NCBI GenBank assembly: GCA_022865275.1
Contig: JALIDQ010000001.1
Location: 1-51,141 of the forward strand
Length of the DNA: 51,141 bases
Direction: 5' to 3'
Source of the DNA: Candidatus Nanohalarchaeota archaeon QJJ-9
GTDB taxonomy: Archaea > Nanohalarchaeota > Nanosalinia > Nanosalinales > Nanoanaerosalinaceae
The notes beneath the pieces are model-generated. The model was given only the letters and a program-made list of their open reading frames with translations. It was not told the DNA's origin and did not search any database. Below are positions 30,174-39,626 of this stretch, piece by piece (positions within the stretch are counted from its first letter, which is position 1; the number at the start of each line of letters is the position of its first letter). The position numbers and the translations under genes were made by a program.

Positions 30174-30650
30174 ATGAGGGAACTAGGGAAGAACGGATTT
30201 GGAAAACTCCTCGCATCCATTTTTCTGACTTTAGGCACAGGCCTTTTAGCTGGTTTTCTGACCTCCACACAGACCCAGTGGTACCAAGGCTTAGTTAAGC
30301 CTTTTTTCCAGCCGCCTGGGTGGTTGTTTGGTCCTGTATGGACTGTGCTATACGTGCTTATGGGTGTGTCGCTGTATATGGTCTGGAAGGAAGGATTTAA
30401 AGGGAACAGGAACGCGATACTGGTCTTCCTAATCCAGCTTCTTCTAAACTTCACCTGGTCCATCGTATTTTTCTCCATGCAGAACCTCGTCCTGGCTTTT
30501 GTGAATATCTTAGCGTTAATTGCTGCGATAACCTTCACTTACAGAGAGTTCAGGAAGGTTTCAAGAAGAGCTGGGCAGCTTTTATTGCCTTACCTTGCGT
30601 GGGTAAGCTTTGCAACCTTGCTTAACCTCACGCTGCTCCTCTTAAACTGA
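30174..30650 (+). CDS. tspO: TspO/MBR tryptophan-rich sensory protein
   Basis: WY..L.KP.F.PP.W.F.PVW; LLLPYLAWVSFA. Confidence 0.92.
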   Translation: MRELGKNGFGKLLASIFLTLGTGLLAGFLTSTQTQWYQGLVKPFFQPPGWLFGPVWTVLYVLMGVSLYMVWKEGFKGNRNAILVFLIQLLLNFTWSIVFFSMQNLVLAFVNILALIAAITFTYREFRKVSRRAGQLLLPYLAWVSFATLLNLTLLLLN

Positions 30651-30664
30651 AGGATATATGGATT

Positions 30665-30979
30665 CTACTCCAGCTTTACAGCTGTACCGTACGCCAGGAT
30701 CTCTGAGCCTCCATTGGCAACCTGAGATGTAACAAATCTCACGTTAACCACTGCATCAGCTCCTTTATCCTTTGCCTGCTCTTCCATCCTTTCAAGAGCT
30801 TCTTCCCTTGCTTCAGTCATCAGGTCGGAGTATCCTTTCAGCTCTCCACCGAAGAAGTTTCTTATTCCCTGTATTATATCGTTTCCGACGTTTTTAGCCC
30901 TTACAGTATTCCCTTTTACAAGCCCGAGATCCTCGACGATTTTCTCACCTTCGATCTTCTCAGTGTTAGTCGTTTGCAT
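30665..30979 (-). CDS. YbjQ/UPF0145 family protein
   Basis: GGELKGY...AREEA..RM...GADAVVNVRF...AYGTAV. Confidence 0.92.
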   Translation of the reverse strand: MQTTNTEKIEGEKIVEDLGLVKGNTVRAKNVGNDIIQGIRNFFGGELKGYSDLMTEAREEALERMEEQAKDKGADAVVNVRFVTSQVANGGSEILAYGTAVKLE

Positions 30980-31125
30980 AGGAGGGTTTTGGTATGGAAA
31001 AGTTATAAATACGAAGAGAAGCTTCAGAAAGCACCGGATTACATGTTCCATGAAAAGTTTCTTTACAGGTCCTGGTTAGGCAGTTGCCAAACGTTTTGGA
31101 ATGATTTATTAAACAGAACCTCCTA

Positions 31126-33075
31126 ATGTATGTTATGGCTCTGAAAAAGATAGTAGCTGCTCTGTTCATAATCGGAATCGCATCAACTGCATACTTTACA
31201 GGAACAGTCCAACTTCCTGGAGGGGAAGACGATCAAATAAACCTCCAGACTTTTGAATCAGAGGAAGATTTCATAAAGTACCTTAACGAGTCAGGAGCAG
31301 CTATAGGGGGAATGGAGTCTTATGCTGCGTCTAGTCGGCTTGAAAGTCAGTCGTCCGATATTGGTGAGACTGATACATCCGGAGATAGTTCTGTTAAGCG
31401 TTATTCCGAGACCAATGTTCAGGAACAGGGAATCCAGGAGTCTGATATATTAAAGACGGACGGCGAACATTTCTACTTCTCCCCAGAGAGGCATTTCTAC
31501 GGTATAATGCCTGTAGGCTCTCCAGCCACTTTTAGAGACCATACCAGAGAGGAAAACCTCTCAATATTCAACTCCCTTCCACCAGAAAACGTTTCGGAGA
31601 AGGCGCAGATAGAAGGAACAGGCAAGCTTCTACTCAAGGACGACACGCTCGTGGTTGTTTCGAACAGAAAAATAAAAGGAATAGACGTTTCGGACCGTTC
31701 AAATCCTAAGATCTCCTGGGAATACCAGTTAAACAGCTCTGTAGTGACTTCCAGGCTCTACGATGGAGATATCTACCTTGTATTGAGGAAAAATGTATAC
31801 AAATCCGATCCCTGCCCACTCGAGATAGCCGAGGCTAAAGGACCTGTTAAGGTTCGGTGTACAGACATCTATCATCCCTCCGAGCCCGTGGAAGTCGATA
31901 CCACGTATAACATACTTAAGATGAGTACTGGAGGTGAAATTAAGGAAAAAACTTCCTTTGTAGGCTCTACAGGCAATTCAGAGGTATATATGTCTGAGGA
32001 CTCGATATACACAACCTATCTGGAGAGAAAGAGCCGTCAAGAAATTTTCTTGGACTTTATGGTATCCGATAGAGCAAAGGATATTTTTGATTCCGAACTG
32101 CACCAGAAGATGGTAGAGATAGAATCCTCTGACATGGACTCTTGGGAAAAAATGAGAAAGATGGGAGAGGCCTTTGAAAACTATACAGAAAATATGACAC
32201 GAGAGGAAAGGCAGGAGAGGTCTGAAGAGATAGAATACGCGTTTGGAAACTATACAAAAGACCATCTGAGAGAGTTCTCGGAAACAGGTATAGTCAAAGT
32301 CTCCGCTGAAAGTCTGGAAGTCGATAGTACAGGCAAGGTTCCAGGAAAAACTCTCAACCAGTTCTCTATGGACCAGTACAATGGAGACCTCCGTATAGCT
32401 ACTACAGTAGGAGCGAATCTCTTCGGAACAGGAGGCAGTACAGAGAATGACCTGTACGTTTTAGGAGACGACTTAGATATCAAAGGTTCTGTAAAAGGGA
32501 TGGGAGTAGATGAGAGGATTTATTCGGTACGTTTCATAGACGATCAGGGCTATGTTGTCACCTTTAGAAGAATCGATCCTTTCCATGTACTAGATTTATC
32601 TGAGCCGTCCGATCCTACCCTTGAAGGAGAGCTAAAGCTTCCAGGATTCTCATCGTACCTCCATCCTCTCTCAGAGGACAGGATTCTCGGTATAGGTGAG
32701 GAGGATGGTAAGGTAAAAGCAGTAGTGTTCGACGTCTCTGATCCCACGGATCCAAAGGTGGAGGACGACAGGATAATCGATTCGTACGGTTCAGAGATAT
32801 CACAGACCCATCACGCGTTTATGATAGACAGGAAGCATAAGATATTCTTCCTCCCAGCATCCAAAGGCGGGTATATCTTCTCCTACAAGGATGGATTAGA
32901 GGAAGTCAAGCGAGTGGATATAGAAGATCCATTAAGAGCTAGGTACATCAACGATTATCTCTACATCTTCTCGAACCATGAGATAGCTGTTGTAGACGAG
33001 ACAGACTGGGAAACTGTGAATACACTCCAGTTCAGGGAGGAAGAATCAGATTATGGGGAACTCCCTGTACGCTAG
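31126..33075 (+). CDS. Secreted beta-propeller domain protein
   Basis: YSETNVQE.G..E.DI.KTDG; NQFSMD; ERIYSVRF; VTFR.IDP; GELKLPGFSSYLHP. Confidence 0.85.
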   Translation: MYVMALKKIVAALFIIGIASTAYFTGTVQLPGGEDDQINLQTFESEEDFIKYLNESGAAIGGMESYAASSRLESQSSDIGETDTSGDSSVKRYSETNVQEQGIQESDILKTDGEHFYFSPERHFYGIMPVGSPATFRDHTREENLSIFNSLPPENVSEKAQIEGTGKLLLKDDTLVVVSNRKIKGIDVSDRSNPKISWEYQLNSSVVTSRLYDGDIYLVLRKNVYKSDPCPLEIAEAKGPVKVRCTDIYHPSEPVEVDTTYNILKMSTGGEIKEKTSFVGSTGNSEVYMSEDSIYTTYLERKSRQEIFLDFMVSDRAKDIFDSELHQKMVEIESSDMDSWEKMRKMGEAFENYTENMTREERQERSEEIEYAFGNYTKDHLREFSETGIVKVSAESLEVDSTGKVPGKTLNQFSMDQYNGDLRIATTVGANLFGTGGSTENDLYVLGDDLDIKGSVKGMGVDERIYSVRFIDDQGYVVTFRRIDPFHVLDLSEPSDPTLEGELKLPGFSSYLHPLSEDRILGIGEEDGKVKAVVFDVSDPTDPKVEDDRIIDSYGSEISQTHHAFMIDRKHKIFFLPASKGGYIFSYKDGLEEVKRVDIEDPLRARYINDYLYIFSNHEIAVVDETDWETVNTLQFREEESDYGELPVR

Positions 33076-33078
33076 CTC

Positions 33079-34230
33079 TTAGAGCTGGATTTTTTTGTCC
33101 CACATCTTTTTAGCCAGATTACCCTCGTACATCATCTTTTCGACCAGCTCGTCTCCCTTTTCCTCCTTTCTCCTCTGGTGCTCCTTTAGAAACTCTCCAA
33201 GCTTTTCCCCGAGTATCTGCTTTATCTCTCCTGTAAGCATCTCTCCGTTCTCGTACTTTCTTCCTATCTCTTCAACCCTCTCGTCGTCCTGCATGAAGAG
33301 GTTGTACAACCATTGATATGCCACATCTACCGACAAATCCGCCCCTTTCTCCCTATGCTCTTCTTTGGACTGCTTTCCGCCTGAGTAGGCTTCTTGCAGT
33401 ATCTTATCCTTGGCTTCTTCAGGAGAATCGCTAAGCATCACTGCTGTCTTAGGCTTTGAGGAGGACATCTTTCCTTCAGGTCCTGTCAAAGCGGGTACGA
33501 ACTTGTTGTGAACCTGTGCAGCTTTTTTATAGCCGAACTTAGGAGCTATATCCCTCTGGATTCTCCAGTAAGGATCCTGGTCTATTCCTGCGGGAATCAG
33601 GCACCGCTTGTCCTCGAAAAATGTAGGGAGAAGCTGTAAAGCAGGGTAGAAGTTCAGGCCTATATTGGTAGAAGAGTCGAAACCGAATACAGCGCTTGCA
33701 ACAGAGTTGTTTATCTTCTCAGCTACCTTTGAAGCGGCTTTGTACATATGACCGATGTACTCAGTATTCTTGAATACAAACGTCTTGTCGGGATCAAATC
33801 CTACCGCTGCAATATCCTTTAGATTGTCCTCTGCAAACTTTTCTATATCATCGTAGTCCACATCTCTGCTCCAGAACTTTTCATCGTCTGGGAACTGGAT
33901 GTATACGTTTACATCAAACTTCTCCTGTATCCACTGAGTCATCTGGAAAGCTATAATATGGCCTATATGCATTGGACCGGATGGACCTACTCCGGTGTAT
34001 AGGAAAAAACCTTCACCGTTTTCATAATCGTCTAAGACTTTTTCAAGATCTCTATGGGAGAATACGAAATCTCTCTTCATGTAGAGGTTCTCCTCTCCGG
34101 CATCCTTGAAAAACCGTTTCTTGAGAGAGGGATTTATCCTCTTCGTTCCAAACTTTTCGATAAGCTTCTGATAGTCCACGTTTCCCTCTACATCCCAGGG
34201 AGTTACTTCAAAGCTTTCTTCTTCTGTCAT
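33079..34230 (-). CDS. trpS: Tryptophan-tRNA ligase
   Basis: VTPW, HIGH, GIDQDPY, KMSSS. Confidence 0.96.
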   Translation of the reverse strand: MTEEESFEVTPWDVEGNVDYQKLIEKFGTKRINPSLKKRFFKDAGEENLYMKRDFVFSHRDLEKVLDDYENGEGFFLYTGVGPSGPMHIGHIIAFQMTQWIQEKFDVNVYIQFPDDEKFWSRDVDYDDIEKFAEDNLKDIAAVGFDPDKTFVFKNTEYIGHMYKAASKVAEKINNSVASAVFGFDSSTNIGLNFYPALQLLPTFFEDKRCLIPAGIDQDPYWRIQRDIAPKFGYKKAAQVHNKFVPALTGPEGKMSSSKPKTAVMLSDSPEEAKDKILQEAYSGGKQSKEEHREKGADLSVDVAYQWLYNLFMQDDERVEEIGRKYENGEMLTGEIKQILGEKLGEFLKEHQRRKEEKGDELVEKMMYEGNLAKKMWDKKIQL

Positions 34231-34303
34231 TGTTTTTACCTTTATAGCCTAGTTTTTAGTTTCTTGGCTAAATTAAATAAACTTCTCCCTCGGAAGACAA
34301 ACC

Positions 34304-34540
34304 ATGGTCGAAAGATGCGAAAGCTGTGGGAGGGAGATGGTCTCCGAAGAAGACCATGCTGCGGACGACCTATCCGTACCTTACTGCAGCGAATGCGCGG
34401 ACCACAAAGGAAACCTTCTATCCAGAAAAGCGGTAGAAAACAAGCTTACAGAACGTGTAATGCAGGAAAGAGAAGTTCCAAGAGAACAGGCAAGAGAGTA
34501 TGTAAAGAGAAAGATGGACGAGATGCCTGCATGGGAGTGA
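34304..34540 (+). CDS. Zinc-ribbon protein (Zn_ribbon_2-like)
   Basis: CESCG...YCSEC...G...MP.W. Confidence 0.75.
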   Translation: MVERCESCGREMVSEEDHAADDLSVPYCSECADHKGNLLSRKAVENKLTERVMQEREVPREQAREYVKRKMDEMPAWE

Positions 34541-34543
34541 TTT

Positions 34544-34810
34544 TCACTCGTAAGCGTTATCCCTCTTCATTACGGCAAGTACTTGTATCTCCTTACTATC
34601 CTGTTCAAGGTCTATGAACACTCGGTAGTCTCCTACTCGCAGCCTATAGACCTTCTCCGTATCTATCCACTTTAGAAAGTATTCAGGAGATATGTTCTTA
34701 GACTTCATCCTGATTTCCCTAAGCTTGTTTCTAATTCTCTTCTGAACAGATTCTTCTATACTATCCAAATCGTCTCGTGCTGTAGGAGATAAAACCACTT
34801 TCCATTGCAT
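34544..34810 (-). CDS. RelE/ParE family toxin
   Basis: A..DL..I...RI..K; YRLRVGDYRV; R..AY C-terminus. Confidence 0.88.
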   Translation of the reverse strand: MQWKVVLSPTARDDLDSIEESVQKRIRNKLREIRMKSKNISPEYFLKWIDTEKVYRLRVGDYRVFIDLEQDSKEIQVLAVMKRDNAYE

Positions 34811-34814
34811 TTAT

Positions 34815-35027
34815 CTAGCCTAGTTCTTCTCCCTTAGCCTTCTCTATTTCCTTCCTCGCATTCTTTATCTTTTCCTTTGCCTGCTCTGTAAGTTCTGGCT
34901 CAAGCTCTTTCCTCACAAGGTCTCTGAGCAGTTCTCCTTTGGATGTATAACCTTTCTCCTCTACAAGCTTTTCTATCATCTTCACCTGCTTTTCCGGGGC
35001 TTTGAACGATACGGTCTTGGTCGCCAT
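34815..35027 (-). CDS. Ribbon-helix-helix antitoxin
   Basis: TVSFK...IEKLV...Y.SK.ELLRDLVR; directly upstream of toxin. Confidence 0.8.
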   Translation of the reverse strand: MATKTVSFKAPEKQVKMIEKLVEEKGYTSKGELLRDLVRKELEPELTEQAKEKIKNARKEIEKAKGEELG

Positions 35028-35213
35028 GTTTACTAAAGTAAACTATAGTCTTTTCAAGGTAAGGGTCTTTCCAGTTTTTCTAAAAGCTTCTTGTCTGCGT
35101 AGTTTATTAAACCGGTATAAGTTTCCATTGCCGCTTCAAATGGAAATAGGTCCGAGCGTTCGGACCCTCCGGAAGAGTTTTTAATCTCCCAGCTAATTCT
35201 TCCCTGTGATACC

Positions 35214-35363
35214 ATGGCTAAGATTGAGATAGAGATGGATGATGAGGGGAAGTTCAATACTAACTCAGGATTCGACCTTGCAACAACCATCCTGATCCTT
35301 GAGAAGGTAAAATCCGAGCTTGTTCAGCGCGCCCAGATTGAGAAGCAGGAGAATGAGGATTAG
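35214..35363 (+). CDS. Small hypothetical protein (49 aa, not in ORF track)
   Basis: MAKIEIEMDDEGKFNTNSGFDLATTILILEKVKSELVQRAQIEKQENED; GTGAT SD-like and TTTTTAAT TATA-like sequences upstream; stop overlaps nucS stop. Confidence 0.6.
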   Translation: MAKIEIEMDDEGKFNTNSGFDLATTILILEKVKSELVQRAQIEKQENED

Positions 35364-36142
35364 GTTTCGTAGTCTGCCTGGAACTGGTTCAGCTCTGCCT
35401 GGGACTGATCTAAGGACTCGTAGGAGGGGATTACGTCTTCCATATCCACTTCTACGAACTCTAGGTTTTTCTTTTCTAGGTATTCTTTGACGTTATCCGA
35501 GCATTTTGGCGCGACTAGGATTCCTCTTATTTCTCTTCCAGGATATTCTTCTTCTATCTCGTCTACGTAACGACCTAGCTGGAGGACTGAGTTGTGGTCG
35601 GGATTTCTCTTGACTTCTATAACGACTAGTTGGTTGTCTTTGCTCCTTGCGAATACGTCTATAAATCCTGCGTCTGTCTCTTTTTCTCTTTCTACTATTT
35701 TGAGGTCTTCTTCTACTAGTTCTGGGTTTTCTTCTATTGCTTCGTGTATATCTATTTCGTGGCCTTTGATTTTGAGGTCTGACTTGTCTACTAGCTGGGT
35801 TATATGAAGCATCTCTATCTCTCCGAATCTGATTTCTACGGTTTCTTCTGGATTGTTTCTTTTTGATTCGAGGATGAGTTCTTCTTTGTCAGCTCTAAGA
35901 TTGAACTGGTCTGTATCTGGCTGCCAGTTCTTGGGCTGGTAGTTTTCTGGTCCATGGACTAGTAATGAGTTGTCCTGTTTAACTATAACTAGTCTTTCTC
36001 CTCTATCGAGCTTTGACTTGGTTCTTCCTTGGTAGTTTACTGAGCAGAGTCCTGTTAAGGTTACTGTGTAGTTCCTTCTGAGGTATTCTTCGAGTAGTTC
36101 TTTTGCTTCTGTTTTGCTGGGAGATTCTACTAGTTTTTCCAT
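35360..36142 (-). CDS. nucS: Endonuclease NucS/EndoMS
   Basis: C.V.Y.GR..S.L..GERL...K.D...LVH...P.NWQP; G.ID...IEVKR...QL.RY. Confidence 0.93.
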   Translation of the reverse strand: MEKLVESPSKTEAKELLEEYLRRNYTVTLTGLCSVNYQGRTKSKLDRGERLVIVKQDNSLLVHGPENYQPKNWQPDTDQFNLRADKEELILESKRNNPEETVEIRFGEIEMLHITQLVDKSDLKIKGHEIDIHEAIEENPELVEEDLKIVEREKETDAGFIDVFARSKDNQLVVIEVKRNPDHNSVLQLGRYVDEIEEEYPGREIRGILVAPKCSDNVKEYLEKKNLEFVEVDMEDVIPSYESLDQSQAELNQFQADYET

Positions 36143-36166
36143 CGCTTAACTCTTTGCTTTCTGGTT

Positions 36167-36319
36167 TTAAATTTCTGTTTTCCCAGCTACCATAGCCTCT
36201 TCCATTTCTGCCAGCTTGTCTTGGAAGCATCTCTGACAGAGTTTTTGGCCTCCTCCTGCTTCTTCTGTGTTTAGGACGAGCTGTTTGTCTGTTTTTTCAC
36301 CGCATTTTTCGCATCGCAT
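36167..36319 (-). CDS. Small CxxC...CxxC zinc-finger protein (50 aa, not in ORF track)
   Basis: MRCEKCGEKT...KLCQRCFQDKL...; GGAGGT SD upstream. Confidence 0.7.
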   Translation of the reverse strand: MRCEKCGEKTDKQLVLNTEEAGGGQKLCQRCFQDKLAEMEEAMVAGKTEI

Positions 36320-36328
36320 TGTTTAAGA

Positions 36329-36611
36329 CCTCCGAAGCCCGCCTGCCTGGGTCGAACAGGCATCTCCGGGTTTAACTGGTGTGTTGCCTGGACGCTTGCG
36401 GGGGATTTTAGAAGTAGTAGACTGCGTCCTTTTACACTAAGGCGGGTTGAGTTAGAAGGTTTCGTCCACCTTTCCACCCACCTGGCTTATTTCCTGGCGG
36501 GTTTCGAGGAGAACTACTCCTCAGAATTATCTCCACATGATATCTGTGGAGTAGAAGTGTAGCTTTGTGACTAGGCCGATCTTTTCTCCGCTATTGTCCG
36601 AAGGCCCAGTC
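36329..36611. ncRNA. Unassigned structured RNA candidate
   Basis: At least 7 nested or adjacent stems in a region with no credible ORF; family not recognised. Confidence 0.55.
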
Positions 36612-36739
36612 GCATTTATCATTTTGACCAACGCACAACTCTGTCTCGCTGTGATTTAAAAAGTTTTCTGTTGGTGATATCTTTTTTAAGCGTTCGTTTC
36701 TAGTTTGTTTTAGAGGTTCTGAGCTGAGAGTCTGTGAAT

Positions 36740-36812
36740 GGCGGGTTGGTGTAGTGGCCTATCATCGCTGCCTTGGGCGCAGTGGACCCCGGTTCAAATC
36801 CGGGACCTGCCA
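36740..36812 (+). tRNA. tRNA-Pro(TGG), intronless
   Basis: GGCGGGT/ACCTGCC acceptor; GCTGC-CTTGGGC-GCAGT; TTCAAAT T-loop. Confidence 0.85.
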
Positions 36813-36971
36813 CTATGCTTTTTCTTTTTAGAAAAAAGAAAAAGTAAAGTTTTACAAAAAGAAAAACGTATGGATTCGGTTAGCAAGCTAACCGACTTGT
36901 AGTTCTTGTAAAGAAAGATTTTCTGCGCCGCAGTTCCCTCTATTCTTAGCTTTTTATTCCTTCTCTACTCC

Positions 36972-37421
36972 TTACTCTTCCCACGGATAGACTATCCAGA
37001 TGCTGCTGTCGATGTTGCTGTATGTGAAGTCGGGCTTGTAGACGGTTCGTTCTTTGGTGTGGATTGATGCGGTTTTTATGCAGTCTACTTTTTCGTATCC
37101 TTCCAGTTTCTTCTCTACTTCTTCCATTGTCTTTCCGGTGTCTACGATATCGTCCACGAGAATCACGTCTCCTTCTACTGGTTCAAGAATCTTTCCCTGG
37201 ATTTCTACTATTTCCTGCCTCTCCTCTCCGTCGTAGTGGTTTGCGTTAACTATCCCTTGAGGGATGTTGAACCGGTGGCTTATTCTTATCCCTAGAGGAT
37301 CGCCTCCTCTGTGTATGCTTACTACAGAATCAGGTGAGAAACCGCTTTCCTCTATCTCTCTGTACAGTTCGTTGATAGCTTTTTCGAGTTCTCCGTAGGC
37401 CAGGTGTTGCTTGTTCCCCAT
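36972..37421 (-). CDS. Type I (purine) phosphoribosyltransferase
   Basis: I.RGG; VILVDDIVDTGKT; WIVYPWE. Confidence 0.9.
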   Translation of the reverse strand: MGNKQHLAYGELEKAINELYREIEESGFSPDSVVSIHRGGDPLGIRISHRFNIPQGIVNANHYDGEERQEIVEIQGKILEPVEGDVILVDDIVDTGKTMEEVEKKLEGYEKVDCIKTASIHTKERTVYKPDFTYSNIDSSIWIVYPWEE

Positions 37422-37517
37422 ATTATGGATGTGGTTCTCTTCTCAAAAAAGGTTTTGGCGGATGGGCTTGGAAGAGTTTATTAAGTTTAAAAGCCAATCT
37501 TTGGGTAGGCGTCTACT

Positions 37518-38909
37518 ATGAGGAGGAAGACTTTACTTTTAGCTATGCTGGTTCTGGTTGCCTCTACTGCTTCTGCAGTTGATTCTTTCGAGGTAGATAT
37601 AACATCTGAAAACACGAGGTTAAATCCAAGCGAGGGAGAGACAGCCGCGTTTTATGTGAATGTTACAAACACAGGCGACTCGGAGGGGACTTTTGAGACA
37701 AGCTATTCCTCTGCTGCTTCTCCTGTATGGATAAATGCCAAGTCTCCTATCAATACTCTGGCTCCTGGGGAATCGGGAGTGACTGAGATTACGGTTTCTC
37801 CTGATGAAAAGGCGGTGAGCAATTCATGGGGACTGGATATAAGGGTTGTTTCGTGGGATGATGGGGAGGAGTTCCAGACTCTTGAGTCCTTTGATGTTGT
37901 ACGGGATAGGGATCTTGTTATAACTAATTTCAAGGGTGCAAGGTCTAGTTACAAACCTAACTCGCATGTAAATGTTTCTGTTGATGTTAAGAATGTTAGA
38001 GTTGATGAACTACCAGCGAACCAGTACCAGGTGGTTCTGGACGTTGAGGGGGATAATGTTACTGAACCTATTCCGTCGCTGGAGTTGGGAGAGTCTGCCT
38101 CGGTTGGTATAGATTTGAAGCTTGAGAACTATGAGGCGGGAGTTTACGACCTTGAAGCGGTTGTAAGGGAGATTCAGGGAGATGTGCACAGCACTTATGG
38201 TTCGAAGATTGAGGTTGAGCCGTTTAAAGATGTTGTAAAGGAGGAGGAGTCTACTTCCAAGTTTTTCGGTTCCCAAAGGAGCTTTAAAGTCTCTAATAAT
38301 GGGAATATAAGGGCGGAGAATGTTACTAGGACTTTCTCACTTCCATGGTATGCCTCACCTTTTGTCTCGTTCTCTGAGGAGCCTGTAAAGGAGGGGGATC
38401 AGTATACCTGGAAGGTTGAGGAGCTTGAGCCTGGAGAAGAAGCTAGTTTTACTTATTCTGTAAGCTACTGGCCTCTTGCTGCGGTCGCTGTTATCATCGC
38501 GGCGATCCTTGTTATGCTCTACTGGAGTATGCGGAAGGTTTCGATTGTTAAGTCGGTGAGGCGGGGGGAGGACTATCATAATGTCCATTTAAGGGTTAAG
38601 AATAATACTGGAAGGACTGTAGGCAAGGTTAGGGTCCAGGATTTCGTGCCTGGAATTGCTTCTCTTATCGAGAAGTTTGATTCGAGGAGTCCTGAGAGGA
38701 TTCAGAATACTGAGGAGGGCACTAAGCTTACCTGGAGGCTTGGGCAGGTTGAACCTGGTGAGGAGAGGATTATCAGCTATAGGATAAAGCCTAAGGTTCA
38801 GGTTGAGGGAACTGTGTCGATTCCTAACGCGGAGGTTTTCTACCAGGTCGATGGTAAGAACCGCGAGGCGACTTCTAATCCTACCTCTACGGCTTTTCCG
38901 GAGCAGTAG
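37518..38909 (+). CDS. Secreted/membrane-anchored Ig-like beta-sandwich protein
   Basis: Signal peptide, repeated L.PGE motifs, TM near aa 320, C-terminal domain after the TM. Confidence 0.7.
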   Translation: MRRKTLLLAMLVLVASTASAVDSFEVDITSENTRLNPSEGETAAFYVNVTNTGDSEGTFETSYSSAASPVWINAKSPINTLAPGESGVTEITVSPDEKAVSNSWGLDIRVVSWDDGEEFQTLESFDVVRDRDLVITNFKGARSSYKPNSHVNVSVDVKNVRVDELPANQYQVVLDVEGDNVTEPIPSLELGESASVGIDLKLENYEAGVYDLEAVVREIQGDVHSTYGSKIEVEPFKDVVKEEESTSKFFGSQRSFKVSNNGNIRAENVTRTFSLPWYASPFVSFSEEPVKEGDQYTWKVEELEPGEEASFTYSVSYWPLAAVAVIIAAILVMLYWSMRKVSIVKSVRRGEDYHNVHLRVKNNTGRTVGKVRVQDFVPGIASLIEKFDSRSPERIQNTEEGTKLTWRLGQVEPGEERIISYRIKPKVQVEGTVSIPNAEVFYQVDGKNREATSNPTSTAFPEQ

Positions 38910-38996
38910 GTTTTTCCTTGTTTTCTTTGTTTTTCTGGTCCTATTAACGAAGCCTTTATAAAGTTTTGAATATATATTCATAAGTGGTGATTGAAG

Positions 38997-39296
38997 ATGC
39001 CAAACCTAGACGGAACCGGACCAAGGGGACGAGGCCCTCTTACGGGAAGAGGTCTCGGACCTTGCGGAAGAGGAAGAGCCCGTTCAAGAGCTCCTAAACG
39101 AGGATTCGCTTTTAGAAGGGGTGGAAGATTTGGAAGAGCTCCTCTTAGAGGTAGGAACGATTACGCTTACAGAAACAAACCTCGGAATACGAGGTTTACA
39201 GAGGAAGAGGAGAAGGAGATGATCAAACAGGAACTTGAGGAGCTTAAGAAGGAACGAGAAGACCTTGAGAAACGCCTTGAGGAGCTTGGGGGCTGA
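38997..39296 (+). CDS. DUF5320 family protein
   Basis: MP.LDGTGP.G.GP.TGRGLGPC; coiled-coil C-terminus. Confidence 0.85.
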   Translation: MPNLDGTGPRGRGPLTGRGLGPCGRGRARSRAPKRGFAFRRGGRFGRAPLRGRNDYAYRNKPRNTRFTEEEEKEMIKQELEELKKEREDLEKRLEELGG

Positions 39297-39329
39297 ACCC
39301 CTTTTTACTTTTTATAACGGTGTTATACA

Positions 39330-39626
39330 ATGCCAAGACCGAGGAGGAGGAGAAGGGTTAGAAGAAGACCTGCAGCGGATTTTTACAAGCCGGCAGGAAT
39401 ACCTAAACGCGAGCTTGAAGAGGTCAATCTTAAAGTAGAAGAAGTCGAGGCTCTGAGGTTGAAGGACGCGGAAGGAAGGTCTCAGGAGGATGCTGCTGAC
39501 GAGATGGATGTCTCGCAGTCTACTTTCCATAGGATTCTGACTTCTGCAAGGGAGAAGGTTGCGGAGGCTGTAACTGAAGGAATGGCTCTTAGAATAGAGG
39601 GGGGAAGCTATGAGATTGAGGAGTAG
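39330..39626 (+). CDS. DUF134 HTH protein
   Basis: MPRP.R.RRV; EE.EALRLKD.EG..Q..AA..M.VS.STF.RIL.SAR.KVA. Confidence 0.92.
   Translation: MPRPRRRRRVRRRPAADFYKPAGIPKRELEEVNLKVEEVEALRLKDAEGRSQEDAADEMDVSQSTFHRILTSAREKVAEAVTEGMALRIEGGSYEIEE

Noticed and set aside
36500..36525. Hammerhead ribozyme (CTGAGGA...GAAAC on minus)
   Set aside because: Stem II cannot form in the required register; GAGGAG/CTCCTC is a simple hairpin.
36390..36612. Group I intron core (GGACG/CGTCC as P3, TAGACTG/CAGTCG as P7, TTGCGGG as P4)
   Set aside because: There is no room for the P4'-P6 domain, no host exons, and competing local hairpins explain the same bases.
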